A DNA stretch of 64,000 nt from Felis catus (taxonomy: Eukaryota): contig NC_058368.1 in assembly GCF_018350175.1 (NCBI RefSeq), positions 217,932,001 to 217,996,000 of the forward strand, in the 5' to 3' direction. Under the pieces are notes generated by a model. It was not told the origin of the DNA. It searched no databases and was given only the letters and a program-made list of their open reading frames with translations. Positions 25,816-38,702 of the stretch are shown here, in pieces (the stretch's first letter is position 1; each line of letters opens with the position of its first letter). Position numbers and translations under genes: made by a program.

Positions 25816-27952
25816 GTAAGTTGAGGAAAAATGGAAATCAGGCATCCTACTGTATCTGTAGCAAGCATTCACACTGATAATGTAATAGATATTGATGCCT
25901 GCCCACAGAGATGAATGGTGAAAGAAGAAAAGAGACATTTTTCAGCTCTTCTTGATTCCATATTATTCTTCTCATGAGTACTGCTTGAAAGCTAATGAAA
26001 TGATTCAAGAATACCATTACCTCTGGAATGTATCTAATTGGATAAATTGCAGCAGGTCATGGTCCCTACTGATGGACAGGTAGGTACAGTTATGTCATAT
26101 GTTTGTTTAAGGAAGCTTTAAAATGTTCAGTGAATTTTGTTATTTTTGAAAGACTATGATAATAATGCTTTTATCCTTATTTCTTTAGACATGTATTGGT
26201 ATTTCAAGCACTATATCCAAAACCTATCATATTCTATTATCAGTGAAAAACTATAAAGTAACACCTACCTTAAAATAAGGAAAGAAAATAAAGCCTTTGT
26301 ATTCTCTATAATGTTTATCTGGTGGAGTTGTTCTTCAGAAAACAAAACTTTAATAACCTAATTTTGGTTTAGTTTCTACAGAATAATTTTCTTTATGCTA
26401 TCTACTGGTAAGTATATTACACAACCGTATGAAAAAAATAACTGGACAGGTGCTCTATGTTATTTTAATATCTAACAAAAATTACACTTGTGGTTAAATT
26501 TTTAATGTCAAAATATAAGGGTTTTCCAATACAAATCCAGTCAAAATATATGAAGTGATGGAAGAAAATGGGCAATTTCTATAATAATAATAATAGGAAA
26601 AATATTCTAGATTTTCATGATCTTACTCCTTTTGAATTCTACATCATTTTCTATAAGGTCAAATTCTATGTCATTTTCTGATTGATTTGCAAGATATCAT
26701 TTTGGATTTGGTACTGTTAAAGTAACTATAAAAAGAGGGTGAATGATGATTTTTCTTCAATTTCAAATAGGACACAATTGTTTTCACTTCTCAACATTAT
26801 AACTGTAAAATATTATATTATGCATAGTATTTAAACTATGCATATGATATTCTACAATTACTTTAAATCAAAATTTAGTAATCTGAAATTTGTGAAAGTG
26901 ATTTCATGTTTTGATAGTAGTGAAAAAGTGAATTATTCTATATATGGACAGTATCCTATTTAAATGAAACACAAGTATATATGTGCAATTAACATGCATG
27001 GATGTTCAGAAACCTCTGACAGAATTCATGCTTGTATGTGTACAAACACACACACAGATAAGAAAGGTAGCAATATGCCAAATCTCACAAATAATGCCTT
27101 CTAATAAAATTACATTATAACCATATTACTGATATAAATTATATATTTGGTATTTTATTTTATTTTACACTAGTAAGTTGTTTAGAATAGGACTAAAGTT
27201 TCAGCTCTGAGAGAATTAAACAAAAAGGAAATTGACCTGTGAGTCATTCAATCTTATGAAAAGAGTGCTGGATTGTCTTGTTCAAGTTACTTTTACCTGG
27301 GGAACAGGTGGACCCAAAGCCAGAATATCCCCGACAGTCAGGAGGCTACAGAGATACCTGATAAAGGGAAGATATAAATTTTTCCCCACTGCACACCGAT
27401 GGTATTGATGGTGATTGTCATTCATGGGGAATGTGGGGGACTAAGAAAGTTCTATCTCCATCTGGGAGCATTTTATTCTATCTTCTGCTACATGTAGCTC
27501 AATACATACAAATATGCTTCCATATCCTCTTTCATAATGGATGCCTACTTATATTTTAATTATATCAGATGCCATTTTTCCATCAATACTATAACAGACC
27601 CACCTTGAAGGTGACTTTGATGTATATTTTATGATCTGGAATTATGATTAACATAATCCATATAAAGTTTATCAACCATAGTATTCTTAAAATATTCTCC
27701 ATAGAAAAGAAATAAAAGAAAAACACAGATTATTTTCTGTTACTTCTGTTCTATATTTTGCCAAAGGACTAATGAATAATCCTCAAATATATATATAAAT
27801 TGATGAATAAATTAGTATATAAGAAAAGGAAAATTCAGTGTTCCAAACAACTAATAAAAGTTTGTTTTTTCTATCAATAAAATGCAATGTATAGGTATTT
27901 TTAAATTTCTAGAAATCCCAAATGATATACTAAAAAACCTAAAGTTTTCCAG

Positions 27953-28607
27953 AATGGAGTTTCCTCAAAAAACTAAAAATAGAACTACCCTACAACTCAG
28001 CAATCGCACTACTAGGTATTTATCCAAGGGATACAGGTATGCTGTTTTGAAGGGACACGTGCACTCCCATGTTTATAGCAGCACTATCAACAATAGCCAA
28101 AGTATGGAAAGAGCCCAAATGTCCATCGATGGATGAATGGATAAAGAAGATGTGGTGTGTGTGTGTGTGTGTGTGTGTGTACACACACACACACACACAC
28201 ACACAATGGAGGATTTCTCGGCACACACAATGGAGGATTACTCAGCAATCAAAAAGAATGAAATCTTGCCATTTGCAACCACGTGAATGGAACTAGAGGG
28301 TATTATGCTAAGTGAAATTAGTCAGAGAAAGACAAAAATCATATGACTTCACTCATATGAGGACTTCCAGAGACAAAACAGATGAACATAAGGGAAGGGA
28401 AACAAAAATAATATAAAAACAGGGAGGGGGACAAAACATAAGAAACTCATAAATATGGAGAACAAACCGGGTTACTGGAGGGGTTGTGGGAGGGGGGGTG
28501 GGCTAAATGGATAAGGGGCATTAAGGAATCTACTCCCAAAATCATTGTTGCACTACATGCTAACTAATTTGCATGCAAATTTAAAAAAATTAAAAGTTAA
28601 CCAAAAA
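27953..28607 (+). mobile_element. Felid/carnivore L1 3' end, 5'-truncated
   Basis: MFIAALSTIAKVWKEPKCPSMDEWIKKMW; TSD CCTAAAGTTTTC(C/T)AG at 27938-27952 and 28610-28624. Confidence 0.95.
28156..28205. repeat. Perfect 50-bp (TG)12T-A(CA)12 palindrome
   Basis: Read directly; 25 nt each arm, no spacer. Confidence 0.95.
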
Positions 28608-30042
28608 TCCCTAAAGTTTTCTAGCTTTATAAATACAAAAAAAGAAAATGTGTCTTTTCCTCAGCTTGATTATGTGCTCTTGTACAGGGTTACAATAATT
28701 GAATCTAATTCTGGCATTGTAACAAGAGTCAACTTAACAGGCTATTTATTTATTTTTATTTTATAAACCTTGTAAACATTTACTCAGTTCAAACTTTTCA
28801 ATGAACTAGATTAATAATCTATTACCAATAATAACATTTATATGAAAGTATAAATCACCTACGTTGCCAATAAAATAATGTAAGCAAATATAACAGGTAT
28901 GCAGTTGTTCTAATAGACGGTATGTCTTTGGATATGAGTTTATATAATACTATAATTAAAATATATGATAAATACCTGATAAATACATAATAAAATACAT
29001 ATATAAAAATACATAATTGCCATTCCAGGAGCATTTCCTATGCATATTCTAAGACCAGTAGTGCAAAGGAGCATTACCACAAGGCCTGTCCTTAGGGCTT
29101 TATTAAAAAACAAAATAGTAAAAACAAAAAAAAAAATTAAAATCATTTCATAATAAACTTACATTCTATGACAAGTTTTCAATATATTCCTACAAATTCT
29201 GTCTTTTAGGCTCACAACTTACCTTTGACACTATGATATTTCATAGAATCGTCTCTCTGTAGAGGCCTAACATACAACTTTAGTATTCCTTAATTTCTTA
29301 TAGTAGCATAGATTATAATTGTGCTTAAACATGGATAGTATGCAGCTAAATTCCATCAACCTAGGGTCACAAAGATCGCAACCTCAATTTTATTGTGATT
29401 GTTTTACCAATCCTTTCCTTGACCCTATCCTTGCACCTATAACTGAATAATTGTGGTTGATCTGAATAAACAAAATAGACTTAAACTAATCTTCCTTTTC
29501 CCATGGTTAAAAAACCACAAAGAGACATCAAATGTCATTGTATATACTATGCTTTCTGAGGAAAGAAATCATTTAATTCAACTAGAACACTATATCCAGA
29601 GATTCTGATTAAGATTTTATTACACTTTAAAATGATGAGAGTCAGCTTTTAAGGGAATTTCTTTTATTCTGCAGATTGTCCAAGCCCTTATTTACATAAA
29701 GCTACAATTTACAGATTTGGCAAGTATAAAACTCTGCATGCACTAATCAGCAGACATTACTACTTAAATTTAAAGCCACAAATTTTTTGATGATAACCAA
29801 ACTTGGTACTTTTGAGTTTCATCATATAATTACATAAATATAATGTGTTATTATCTTACAACAAAACATGTGTATTGTATTAAGTTATTCATAATTCCTC
29901 AGGTAGCACTCACTACAGCCAATATTCTATGTGGATGCTGAATAATTTAACAATGGAATTGACCTTTTCCGAGGAAGAACCACCTTTACAATTTAACCTG
30001 TCTCTAAAAAGTTAAGGTTTCATGTTTTAAAAGTGTGGACTA

Positions 30043-30383
30043 TGTATTAGGGTAGAAAAGGATATGCTATAGTGACAGGCAATGTAAAGATGTCTATAGC
30101 AGGGGCTCTGTTCTCAAAGCACCCTGGGATCCAGGCTGACAAGGATTCTACCACCTTGTCATAACAACATTTGGACCACGTGGGATGCCTCACTTGCTGC
30201 AACAGGGAAAGACAAAGGGAGAACCAAATGTTTCCTTTTCCCTATGTCCTCTTCAAGTGACCTACATCATTATCATTCAGAGCTACTGGCCAATATAAGA
30301 AATATGACTTTGCCAAAGTACAAGAAAGACAAAAAAATGTAGTGAAAAAAAAAAGAATATTTGGTGAGTACTCTCACTGCAAT
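30043..30383 (-). mobile_element. Ancient MaLR LTR (MLT1-like)
   Basis: TGTATTAGGGTAG...TATGCT; GGGATCCAGGCTGAC; AAGTGACCTACATCA; GAATATTTGGTGAG. Confidence 0.65.
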
Positions 30384-31280
30384 AATTTGTACAGCCCAAA
30401 AAGAAAAGGAGGAAATAAAAAAGAAGTCACAATTTATAATATAGATGTTCCTACGCTAAAAGGTAAAATGATTTGAAATATGATAAAGTGCTTCAAATAT
30501 GCATAATTATACTTTGTATTTACATGTCTGTATCCTGATTTGCCTAATAGTAAGTGCTTAACTAAACTGACTTCATAATAGATATTAACCCTTTCACATA
30601 ATATTCCAGATGATTTTCTCAAGATCCCTGTGGCAGAAATTTAAGAAATTATCTGTTCTGTGATTGAGAAGGTTCTCCTTCCCAAAAATTCTCCTTAACT
30701 CCCACAACACTCAACTTTCTGTAATGAAAAATAGGATTATAAATCATTTTCCACTCAATTTACCATGAATAAAATTGAAATTTTACAAATTTACAAATAA
30801 ATGTACAAATTTTATCCAATAATAAATTACAACCGCCTCCAGTAAAGATAAGAAATGAAGCCAATACGAGCTCTTGAAATTGTGAAATACATGTTTGTGT
30901 TAAATAAGTCAGCTAAACCCTTATGGATGGGCAGTAGGCCAGGTAAGCAGCAGAAATGGAGATGAAAAAGGGTGGAAGAATATGTTGATATAGAAAGTCT
31001 CTAAAACAGCTCTTACAAATTAAAATTTGTAACCATTCCTTAAGGAAAAAAAAACTACAAGGCTACAAAAATACTACAACTCTGGAACTTTAATAATAAA
31101 ATGATGCAGAAAAAGCAAGCAAACATTCACATTTTGCCACTAGGAATAGAAATTGTTAAAATGTTCATTTGGAATTAATTACATCATGGTTATCAAAATT
31201 CCTACACGGCATATTGCACTAGTCCTAATAACTCATGCACATTTGTAGAAAAATTTGTGAGGATGTTCAACACTGCATTG

Positions 31281-31491
31281 ATTTTTTTAATGTTTTTATT
31301 TATTTTTGAGACAGAGAGAGACAGAGCATGAGCAGGGGAGGGGCAGAGAGAGAGGGAGACACAGAATCTGAAACAGGCTCCAGGCTCTGAGCTGTTGCAC
31401 AGAGCCCGACGCGGGGCTTGAACTCATGGACTGTGAGATCATGACCTGAGTGAAGTCGGATGCTTAACCAAGTGAGCCACCCAGGCGCCCC
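31281..31491 (-). mobile_element. CanSINE (fairly young)
   Basis: Antisense SINE ending GAGCCACCCAGGCGCCCC; flanks CATTGATTTT. Confidence 0.95.
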
Positions 31492-31516
31492 ATCATTGAT
31501 TTTCTATCAAATGTCA

Positions 31517-32009
31517 TGAAAGGGTTCAGGACAGCACTCCCTCTCCCCAGAATATGCCACTGTGACATGTGAGTTATTTTGATCTGAAGACGCTTAAGGA
31601 TTCTGGATGCTCAAGACAAATTTTTGTCCCTCCCATAACCACACAGAAGTACAGAATTTGGGAAGGGGGGGGCATCCCAGAATAAGAGTTATTAACAGAG
31701 ATAGATATTATCTGAATGACCCATCTGTAATGGCAGGACAAACATCTAACTGCCAAACACCTGCTCTTCTCATCTCCCTGTGAAGTTGCATTCCTTTCCC
31801 TGCAGTCCTAGACTCCTGTCCCCTTCTCCTTAGTTGAGGAAGACATATATATCTCATTTTGCCTGTCTTTGGAATTTCTAAGTCTGTGTGGATTCCCTAC
31901 TGAATATGCTATGGGATGTGATTCTCTGCTGTTCAACTGTCTCATGTCAATTTGATTCTTAGTCCAGCTAGAAGGACCTTTGAGGGGATAAGATTATTCC
32001 ACCCCAGCA
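31517..32009 (+). mobile_element. Solo ERV1 LTR (MER34-like), 493 bp
   Basis: TG...CA termini, 4-bp TSD GTCA (31513-31516, 32010-32013); MER34-type start GGTTCAGGAC...CCCCAGAATATGCCACT and end CTGTCTCATGTCAATTTGATTCTTAGTCCAGC. Confidence 0.85.
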
Positions 32010-32274
32010 GTCACAAACAACTTTAAAAAAGAATAAAATAATGAGTCATTATTTTATGAAATACTACCAAGTTGTTAAAGAAAGTTGCATATAAAGTAAC
32101 TTTATGTGGAAGTATCCCTGGCAAGGAAGACTCACAAAGGCATAGGGTTAAGTACTTGGTAACAATACTATCACAGCTAATTTTATTGGGTTCTTTCTCC
32201 ATATGGAATATTATTATATCCACCCCAGGTGTATTACACTTACATCATCACATGACTATGCAGTGTAGATAAAA

Positions 32275-32400
32275 TTATAACCCTTCTTTTACAGATGAGA
32301 AAACTAAGTCACTGAGACATCTTTCCGGGTCTTGCTTAAGGTTGCAGAACTAGTGAACGGTTAACCTGAAAACCAATCAAGGCAGCCCCCAGCCTGTGTT
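32275..32400 (-). mobile_element. MIR fragment
   Basis: TTTTACAGATGAGAAAACTAAG...CTTGCTTAAGGTTGCAGAACTAGTGAA. Confidence 0.75.
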
Positions 32401-32448
32401 ATTCACATTAAGAGATTATCTCCCGGGGGGGGGGGGGGTGAGGAGGGA

Positions 32449-32508
<60 letters not shown>

Positions 32509-32556
32509 GAAGGAAGGAAGGAAGGAAGGAAGGAAGGAAGGAAGGAAGGAAGGAAA

Positions 32557-32609
<53 letters not shown>

Positions 32610-32630
32610 AAAGAAAAAAGAAAGAAAGAA

Positions 32631-32686
<56 letters not shown>

Positions 32687-32690
32687 AAAG
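32449..32690. repeat. Compound (GAAA)n/(GGAA)n tetranucleotide repeat, preceded by G14 (32425-32438)
   Basis: Read directly from sequence. Confidence 0.98.
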
Positions 32691-32785
32691 AGGAGACACT
32701 TAAAGAGAAAAAAATATCCTATTTATATGGGAAAAAAAAATGCCTGTAGCTATACACTTACATAAATGTTTTAAAAAGAAAAAGA

Positions 32786-33000
32786 GGGGTGCCTGGGTGG
32801 CTCAGTTGGTTGGTCGTCCAACTTTGGCCCAGGTCATGATCTCACGGTTTGTGAGTTCGTGCCCCACATCGGACTCTGTCCTGACAGCTCGGAGCCTGGA
32901 GCCTGTTTCAGATTCTGTGTCTCCCTCTCTCTGCTCCTTCCCTGCTCTCTCTCGCTCGCTCGCTCTCTCTCAAAGATAAATAAACATTTTAAAAATTTTA
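32786..33000 (+). mobile_element. CanSINE
   Basis: GGGGTGCCTGGGTGGCTCAG head; TSD AAAGAAAAAGA. Confidence 0.95.
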
Positions 33001-33864
33001 AAGAAAAAGAATGGGAAGATAAACATCAAAATTCCACCTGATGAACCAAAATATAGGCTTCATAATAGCCGCTGCTGTATCTATTTTATATGCTTTCTTT
33101 TCTAGCAACAGTGCCTTGTTAAGCCTTAGATAAATACTTGTTGCTGGTTAATGAGTCATGGGCTAATATATACACAGTACTTAACTTTCTCTAAAGGAAT
33201 GTATTGGGAAATGTGAAGGAAAGCATGGTGGCATGCTTTACTTCTTTTATGTTTTGATATTATTTGAATTCCTGAAAATGACACTATATTATTACTTATA
33301 TAATTTTATGCTATATTAACAGATTTTGAAAACTATTCTCTAATGACAAGCAAGTTAGAGTTTCTTAAATATTTTAAGTTCATGCCTTTTAGTGGGTAAG
33401 ATTTTCAGACTATCTTTAGTATTAAAAGAAATACAAAACTTAACATGCTCTGTTTTGTAATAAGGACATGGTTTATTTAATTTAATAAGCAGTTAAACCT
33501 GAATGACTTAATATATTAGCTTAGATGTTTGACATATGTCTCTATTTCCTTTGAAAATTTAGAATACTCTGGGCACCTTTTAAGTTCACTGAGGATTGGG
33601 GGGGGCTGGTAAAAAGTAACTTTAATGCATTTGGGAACCACAGTGTTATAACAATATTTAAATTCCTTAAATAAATATTTTAAATGTACATTTCTATCGT
33701 CATGTTCACGGGCACAAGCTTGCATGCAAATTTATTTCCTTAGAACATCATGCCTGCTTATGTTTTGCATTTATTTCTCTTATAATTATTTATTTGTAAT
33801 TTTAATCTCAAATATGTTTTGGGGGATGTTTGTTTGTTGAAGAAAGTAATGTAGTAGTTTTTAC

Positions 33865-34695
33865 AAAAACAGCTACAGGAAGAGGTGGAAGGGGCCTACC
33901 ATCATGTTTCCCTCATGGAGGGGAAAACGGTGCCTAGAATAAACAGGGCCATGTGGGGGCAAGAGGATTGCAGGCACTTGGGCAGAGTCTTTGGCTGCAG
34001 GAAGCATTCTTTGGTTACTCTCAAGAACGGGAAAGAAGTAGCCCAAGGAAAGCATCTGTCTCAGAGCTCCATTCAGGGTCCCCCGCTCTACAGGCTGGTA
34101 AGGGGTGGCTTCAGACTGCCAGCGCACCACCTGCAGCACCAAAACCATGCACCACAATACAAGATTCACCTAAGAAGAGGTATCAACATTGTGTGGATTG
34201 GAGCAAAACTGCAGAGCAGTTTCAGGGGACGTCCGTGGATTTCTGGGCTTCAGAGTAGCTAATCGTAATGTTCAGGGACATGACAGATTTGCAGAGAATG
34301 AGTGCCAAATGGAAGGATACAGGCACTAAGGCCAGGAAGATGGCTATAGCTAGGATGGCCAGTGCGATGCGGAGTCCTAAGGGGCTTCTGAGGGAGTCTT
34401 CGATGCAGTTGCTGTAGACCCAGAAGAGCAGAAGCAGGAGACAGTGGGGGGGGGGGGGGGGCGGGAGCAGGAGGCCAGAGACCCCAGCCGCAAAGTAGCA
34501 GAGGAATGGGGCCGAGGATCACGATAAGGCCAGGGAGGAGCCATTCAGGGTGACGGTGCCATACAGGGGACAGCAGCCACTGAAGGAACCTTGGGTCCAG
34601 GTCAGCATTGCGGCTGCCATGGCCCCACTCAAGAAGGAGGCTTTGAAGAGTAAGAACTTGAAACGCTGCATAATGCAAAGCGTAATGGTGAGCAG
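33865..34695 (-). pseudogene. TMEM179B: Processed pseudogene (retrocopy) of TMEM179B; CDS-homologous part 34686 to 34021 plus part of 3' UTR
   Basis: Minus-strand translation TQGSFSGCCPLYGTVTLNGSSLALS*SSAPFLCYF...CLLLLLFWVYSNCIEDSLR..LGLRIALAI...VNLVLWCMVLVLQVVRWQSEATPYQPVERG/DPEWSSETDA matches recalled TMEM179B; continuous with no introns; stops at 34519-34521 and 34170-34172, frameshifts, start ATG lost. Confidence 0.93.
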
Positions 34696-35554
34696 AGTAT
34701 TTTTTCTATAATATGATGGATATCATAAAAATTTTAGACTCAAAACAAAGTTATATTTATATTTTAAAATTCTTAAATTGTTTAACTTAGATTTGTTAAG
34801 TAATTAACTTAAAATTGAATAATTAACAGAATTAGATATTTTTGCTGTTAATAATGTTAATATCAATGCTCAAAATGTATTTTTTTAAGTTTTAATGGTA
34901 ACGATTTTGTAAGGGATATGATCCCTTCTCAACCTGAATAGTAACTGGCTATTTTATGATAAGTTTCTTCTGTTTTTAGGAAAATAGGTTCAATGTATAG
35001 TTCTTTAGAATGTGGCTTATTGTTTTCATGACATATTTATTTCTATATCAATACTTATAATGTTAACATGTCAAAATGAAGTATGAGCTTGATAGCATCT
35101 ATAATAGCTTCTTGAATAGTGACTGTTATAAAAATAAAGACACAGATGAAGGCTATTTCACATTTCATTATTTTAAAAATGTATTTTGTTTTCCTTATAA
35201 TGTGTCATATTTTTACAATGTGGAAAAGCCATAAGCCTGCCACCACATAAGACTTCCCCAAAAATTAAACAGTGACTATAGTTAATGATGACATTGACAC
35301 AAAATAGCATTTTGAAAGCCTTGTGAGTTTTTCTATTAGTGAACATTCTATATCAAAGGACAAAGTTCAGTCCATAACTGATGCATAACTTAATAGGAGT
35401 ATATCCACAAATGAGTTAAATTCTCTGTAACTACTCCCTGAGACATTAAATAAAGACAGTATCATCTTCCTCACAAAGTCAATGTCATGGGGTCAACTGA
35501 GGTAAACTGTATCACTAATGTCTGGCACAAGAAAGTCATTAAGCTAATAAGCAC

Positions 35555-35771
35555 ATTTAAAAAAAAAATTAATGTTTATTTTTGAGAGAGACAGAGAGAC
35601 AGAGCATGAGTAAGGAAGGGGCAGAGAGAGAGGGAGACACAGAATCTGTAGCAGGCTCCAGGCTCTGAGCTGTCAGCACAGAGCCCATCACCAGGCTTGA
35701 ACTCACAAGCCCTGAGATCATGACCTGAGCCGAAGCTGGACGCCTAACCAACTGAGCCACCCAGGTGCCCC
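35555..35771 (-). mobile_element. CanSINE
   Basis: TSD AATAAG(C/T)ACAT. Confidence 0.95.
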
Positions 35772-35919
35772 AATAAGTACATAATTTTTAAAAAGTTTAA
35801 CTTATATAATAACATTTTATAAAGTTGCAATTTATTCTTATTTCTGAGAAATTAAGTTGTTCATCTGTTATTCAGCCTAACTGGCTGACATTTCACCAAT
35901 ATTTACTGGGGAAAATATT

Positions 35920-37270
35920 TACCCATAATTTTCGATTGTGTCAATCAACGTAGTAAGCACTGGAGATATATAACTGAGCAAGACAAAGAAGGCTTTGCCT
36001 ACCATGGAGCTTCTTTTTCCAGTATGAGTCTGAAAGTCAGGGATACAGAAAATGAATTACACACAAAATAAATGTGATACTTCAGAGAGTGATCAATATG
36101 GTGATAAATTAGCATGAGAAAACTGGTGACTGGGAAGTTACCTTAAATAGAATGATCAGGGTAATGAGGTAACATCTGAACTTAGGGCTTAATGATGAGA
36201 AAGAACCAGTCACATACACATCCTAGGGAAATACATTCCCATTCAGAGGAAACAGCAGAAACAAAGACCGAGAGATGGGAAGAAAGCAGACATAACCAGA
36301 AGGAAGAAGAATGCTAATGTAGCTACAACATGGTAAGGAAGGTTACAGAGATGTTACTGCAGGAGGAGGCAGGTATCAGATTTTTAAACCATGACAGGAA
36401 GGTTGGATTTGTTCAAATTCCAGTAGAAACCCTTTGGGTAATTTTAATCAGGTGGTTGACATGATTGAATCTATTTAAAACAGCAATCCAAATCCAACTA
36501 ATTGTTAGGCTCTTGTATTAATCTAAGTAGGAGAAAATGGATGTATAATAAATAGGATTAGTGGAGACAGAGGGGACTAAGCTCATTTGGGAAATATTTT
36601 GGAGATAGAACCAAGAAAATGAATTTTCTGAAGGCAGTACATGAACCGATACATCCAGGGTAATTTTTATGCTGTAACAGAATGCTGATTCTATAACACG
36701 AAAATGGATCAACAGATCCATTTCATCAGAAAGGAAGCGGAAGAGAGAAGTTCAAGTATCCTACTTCATGCATGTAAAATACAGGTAACTATTACATTTC
36801 CAAAAGAAGATTCTAAGTAACATGGAAATATGGACATATAAGTATGTAACTCCTAGGAGATATCAAGATTATTGCTCTCAATCTGCAAATCACCAGAATA
36901 TAGGATATTTCAAAGCCTTAAGGATGGATGGCATTATAGAAAAAAAAAAAAAAAAAGCCCAGCTGACGCCCTAAAGCAGTCTAGTATTTTGAGGCCTAGA
37001 AGGAAAGCCTCAGCTGTAGTTGGGGAATAAAGCCAATAATCAAGATATTCTATTGTCATTGATGCCTGGGATTGGAAGATTTTCCAAGAAATTGAGGATG
37101 GAATGCAGTCAAATCCTGCTAAGCGGCAAATTAGGATGAAAACATGGGATTAATATTGTGTAAGATTTCAGTGCTGGTGCCCTTAGTAAGAACTCTTTCA
37201 CTGGCATGTTGAGAAAGACAGCTATAGTAGAGCTAACCAAAGAAAGAAGAAGAATGAAAAATAAGACAAG
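35920..37270. mobile_element. Ancient L2 fragments
   Basis: CACTGGAGATATATAACTGAGCAAGAC...CTTTGCCTACCATGGAGCTT; GAGGTAACATCTGAACTTAG; GAAACCCTTTGGGTAATTTTAATCAGG; GTCAAATCCTGCT. Confidence 0.65.
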
Positions 37271-38702
37271 TCATATACAATATTTGTCATATTAATCATA
37301 TTGTTTTGGGGGAAAATGCACTTTATATAAGGTTGTGGTACTTCAACTTATTTTTAAGGTAAAAATTTAGTTGATAATATAAAGTAAGAATTACACCTAT
37401 TCTGCTCATGAACATACAGAATAGCAAAGTTTTGTTCCTTTTTCCAGGATTAATTAATTTTCATATTCCTTACAGTTCTACTCACTTAAATCCCCATGTT
37501 TATATTTACCAAGGGGAAATTTAATTGTGAACAAGATTATATTTGCATCATTTAAATAGTGCCAAATAAAAATATAATTTAAACCATTTTTTTTAAATAA
37601 AAGAATTCCAATTCATTATCAAGAAAAGTTAGGTTTATTGACTGATAATGTGTTATCAAGACTCAGTTCTTGATAATTTGGTTATACTACTGTAAGACAA
37701 TCCTTTTGGTAATTAAAAATTCATGTATTTGAGTGTGTACAGGGACAGAGAGGGAGAGTGACACACACAGGAAGAGAGAGAAACAAAGAGAAGAGAGAGT
37801 GAGCTTTGAGAAACAAATTTTTAAAATGATTATACATATTGATTATGTAAAAACATTAATATTTAAATACATTTTAAAGAAGAATCATTTTACTTATCTT
37901 TCCATACTAATTATAAGCCAATTTTTAAATGTAAGTGATACAATTATTAACAAGTTTTAGATTGCTCAGTAGAGTTCCGAAGATAAATATTAATGAACAC
38001 GCTATATTGTGTCGTATGCTGATTCTGGAGTGTTGTAGACAATTTTATATATCATATTTTAAAAAGGATAAGCTTAAATTACAAATGAATACTAAATATA
38101 AAGGAATATAAAATATTTCTTAGAGAGAGACTAACAATATTCATATTCAATGACTCAGTGAAGGCACATGAAAGTTAAAAACATCGATACCCTTCTTCAA
38201 ATATTTAGAGGGTCCTACAGAGGAAATTTGGCTTGCATTATTCAAAATGGTCCAATGCATACTCAAAAAGGTATGGTTGCTCCTTCAAATTTTCCACTGC
38301 TAATTGTATATGAAGCCAGATGGCAGTAAAGCAGCATCCAATCATGGAAATTCCACAGTAAATTCTTAAATTTTTGAGAGTGAACTACTTAGAAAATAGA
38401 ATATTCTTTGTGTTATAGACCTCTTAGCATCACATTTTGTATTACTGCACTGAAAAGATCCTCTTACTACCATATGGTAATAACTGGGTAAAATTAATGA
38501 AGTATAATCAAAACCCCCAAATGCCACACTATTGTCCTTCCTGGAGATTTCGTGATGACTTGGTCAAATTAGAGCCCTTTCATAGTGATTCAGTATTAGA
38601 GAAGAGGAAGGAGGTTATGTGACATTATTAAACCTGAACTATATTTAAATTTTCACCTGCCATAAAACTTTAGGCGTAAGCATCTATGAAGAATTCAAAC
38701 TT

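Noticed and set aside
29660..29725. Strong acceptor-like CTTTTATTCTGCAG followed by a possible GC donor
   Set aside because: Non-canonical donor and unrecognised 15-aa peptide; such sites are frequent by chance.
32396..32749. 117-aa K/E/R-rich ORF and its antisense F/L/S-rich ORF
   Set aside because: Translation of the (GAAA)n/(GGAA)n microsatellite.
33885..34262. Plus-strand ORFs of 125 and 101 aa in the GC-rich island
   Set aside because: Antisense shadows of the TMEM179B retrocopy; no independent support.
34259..34678. 139-aa minus-strand ORF with polyproline
   Set aside because: Mostly out-of-frame reading of the pseudogene; the prolines come from the C16 run.
38312..38328. CTCF-like CAGATGGCAGTA (similar at about 24424)
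   Set aside because: The 5' CCA part of the motif is missing; too weak without ChIP data.
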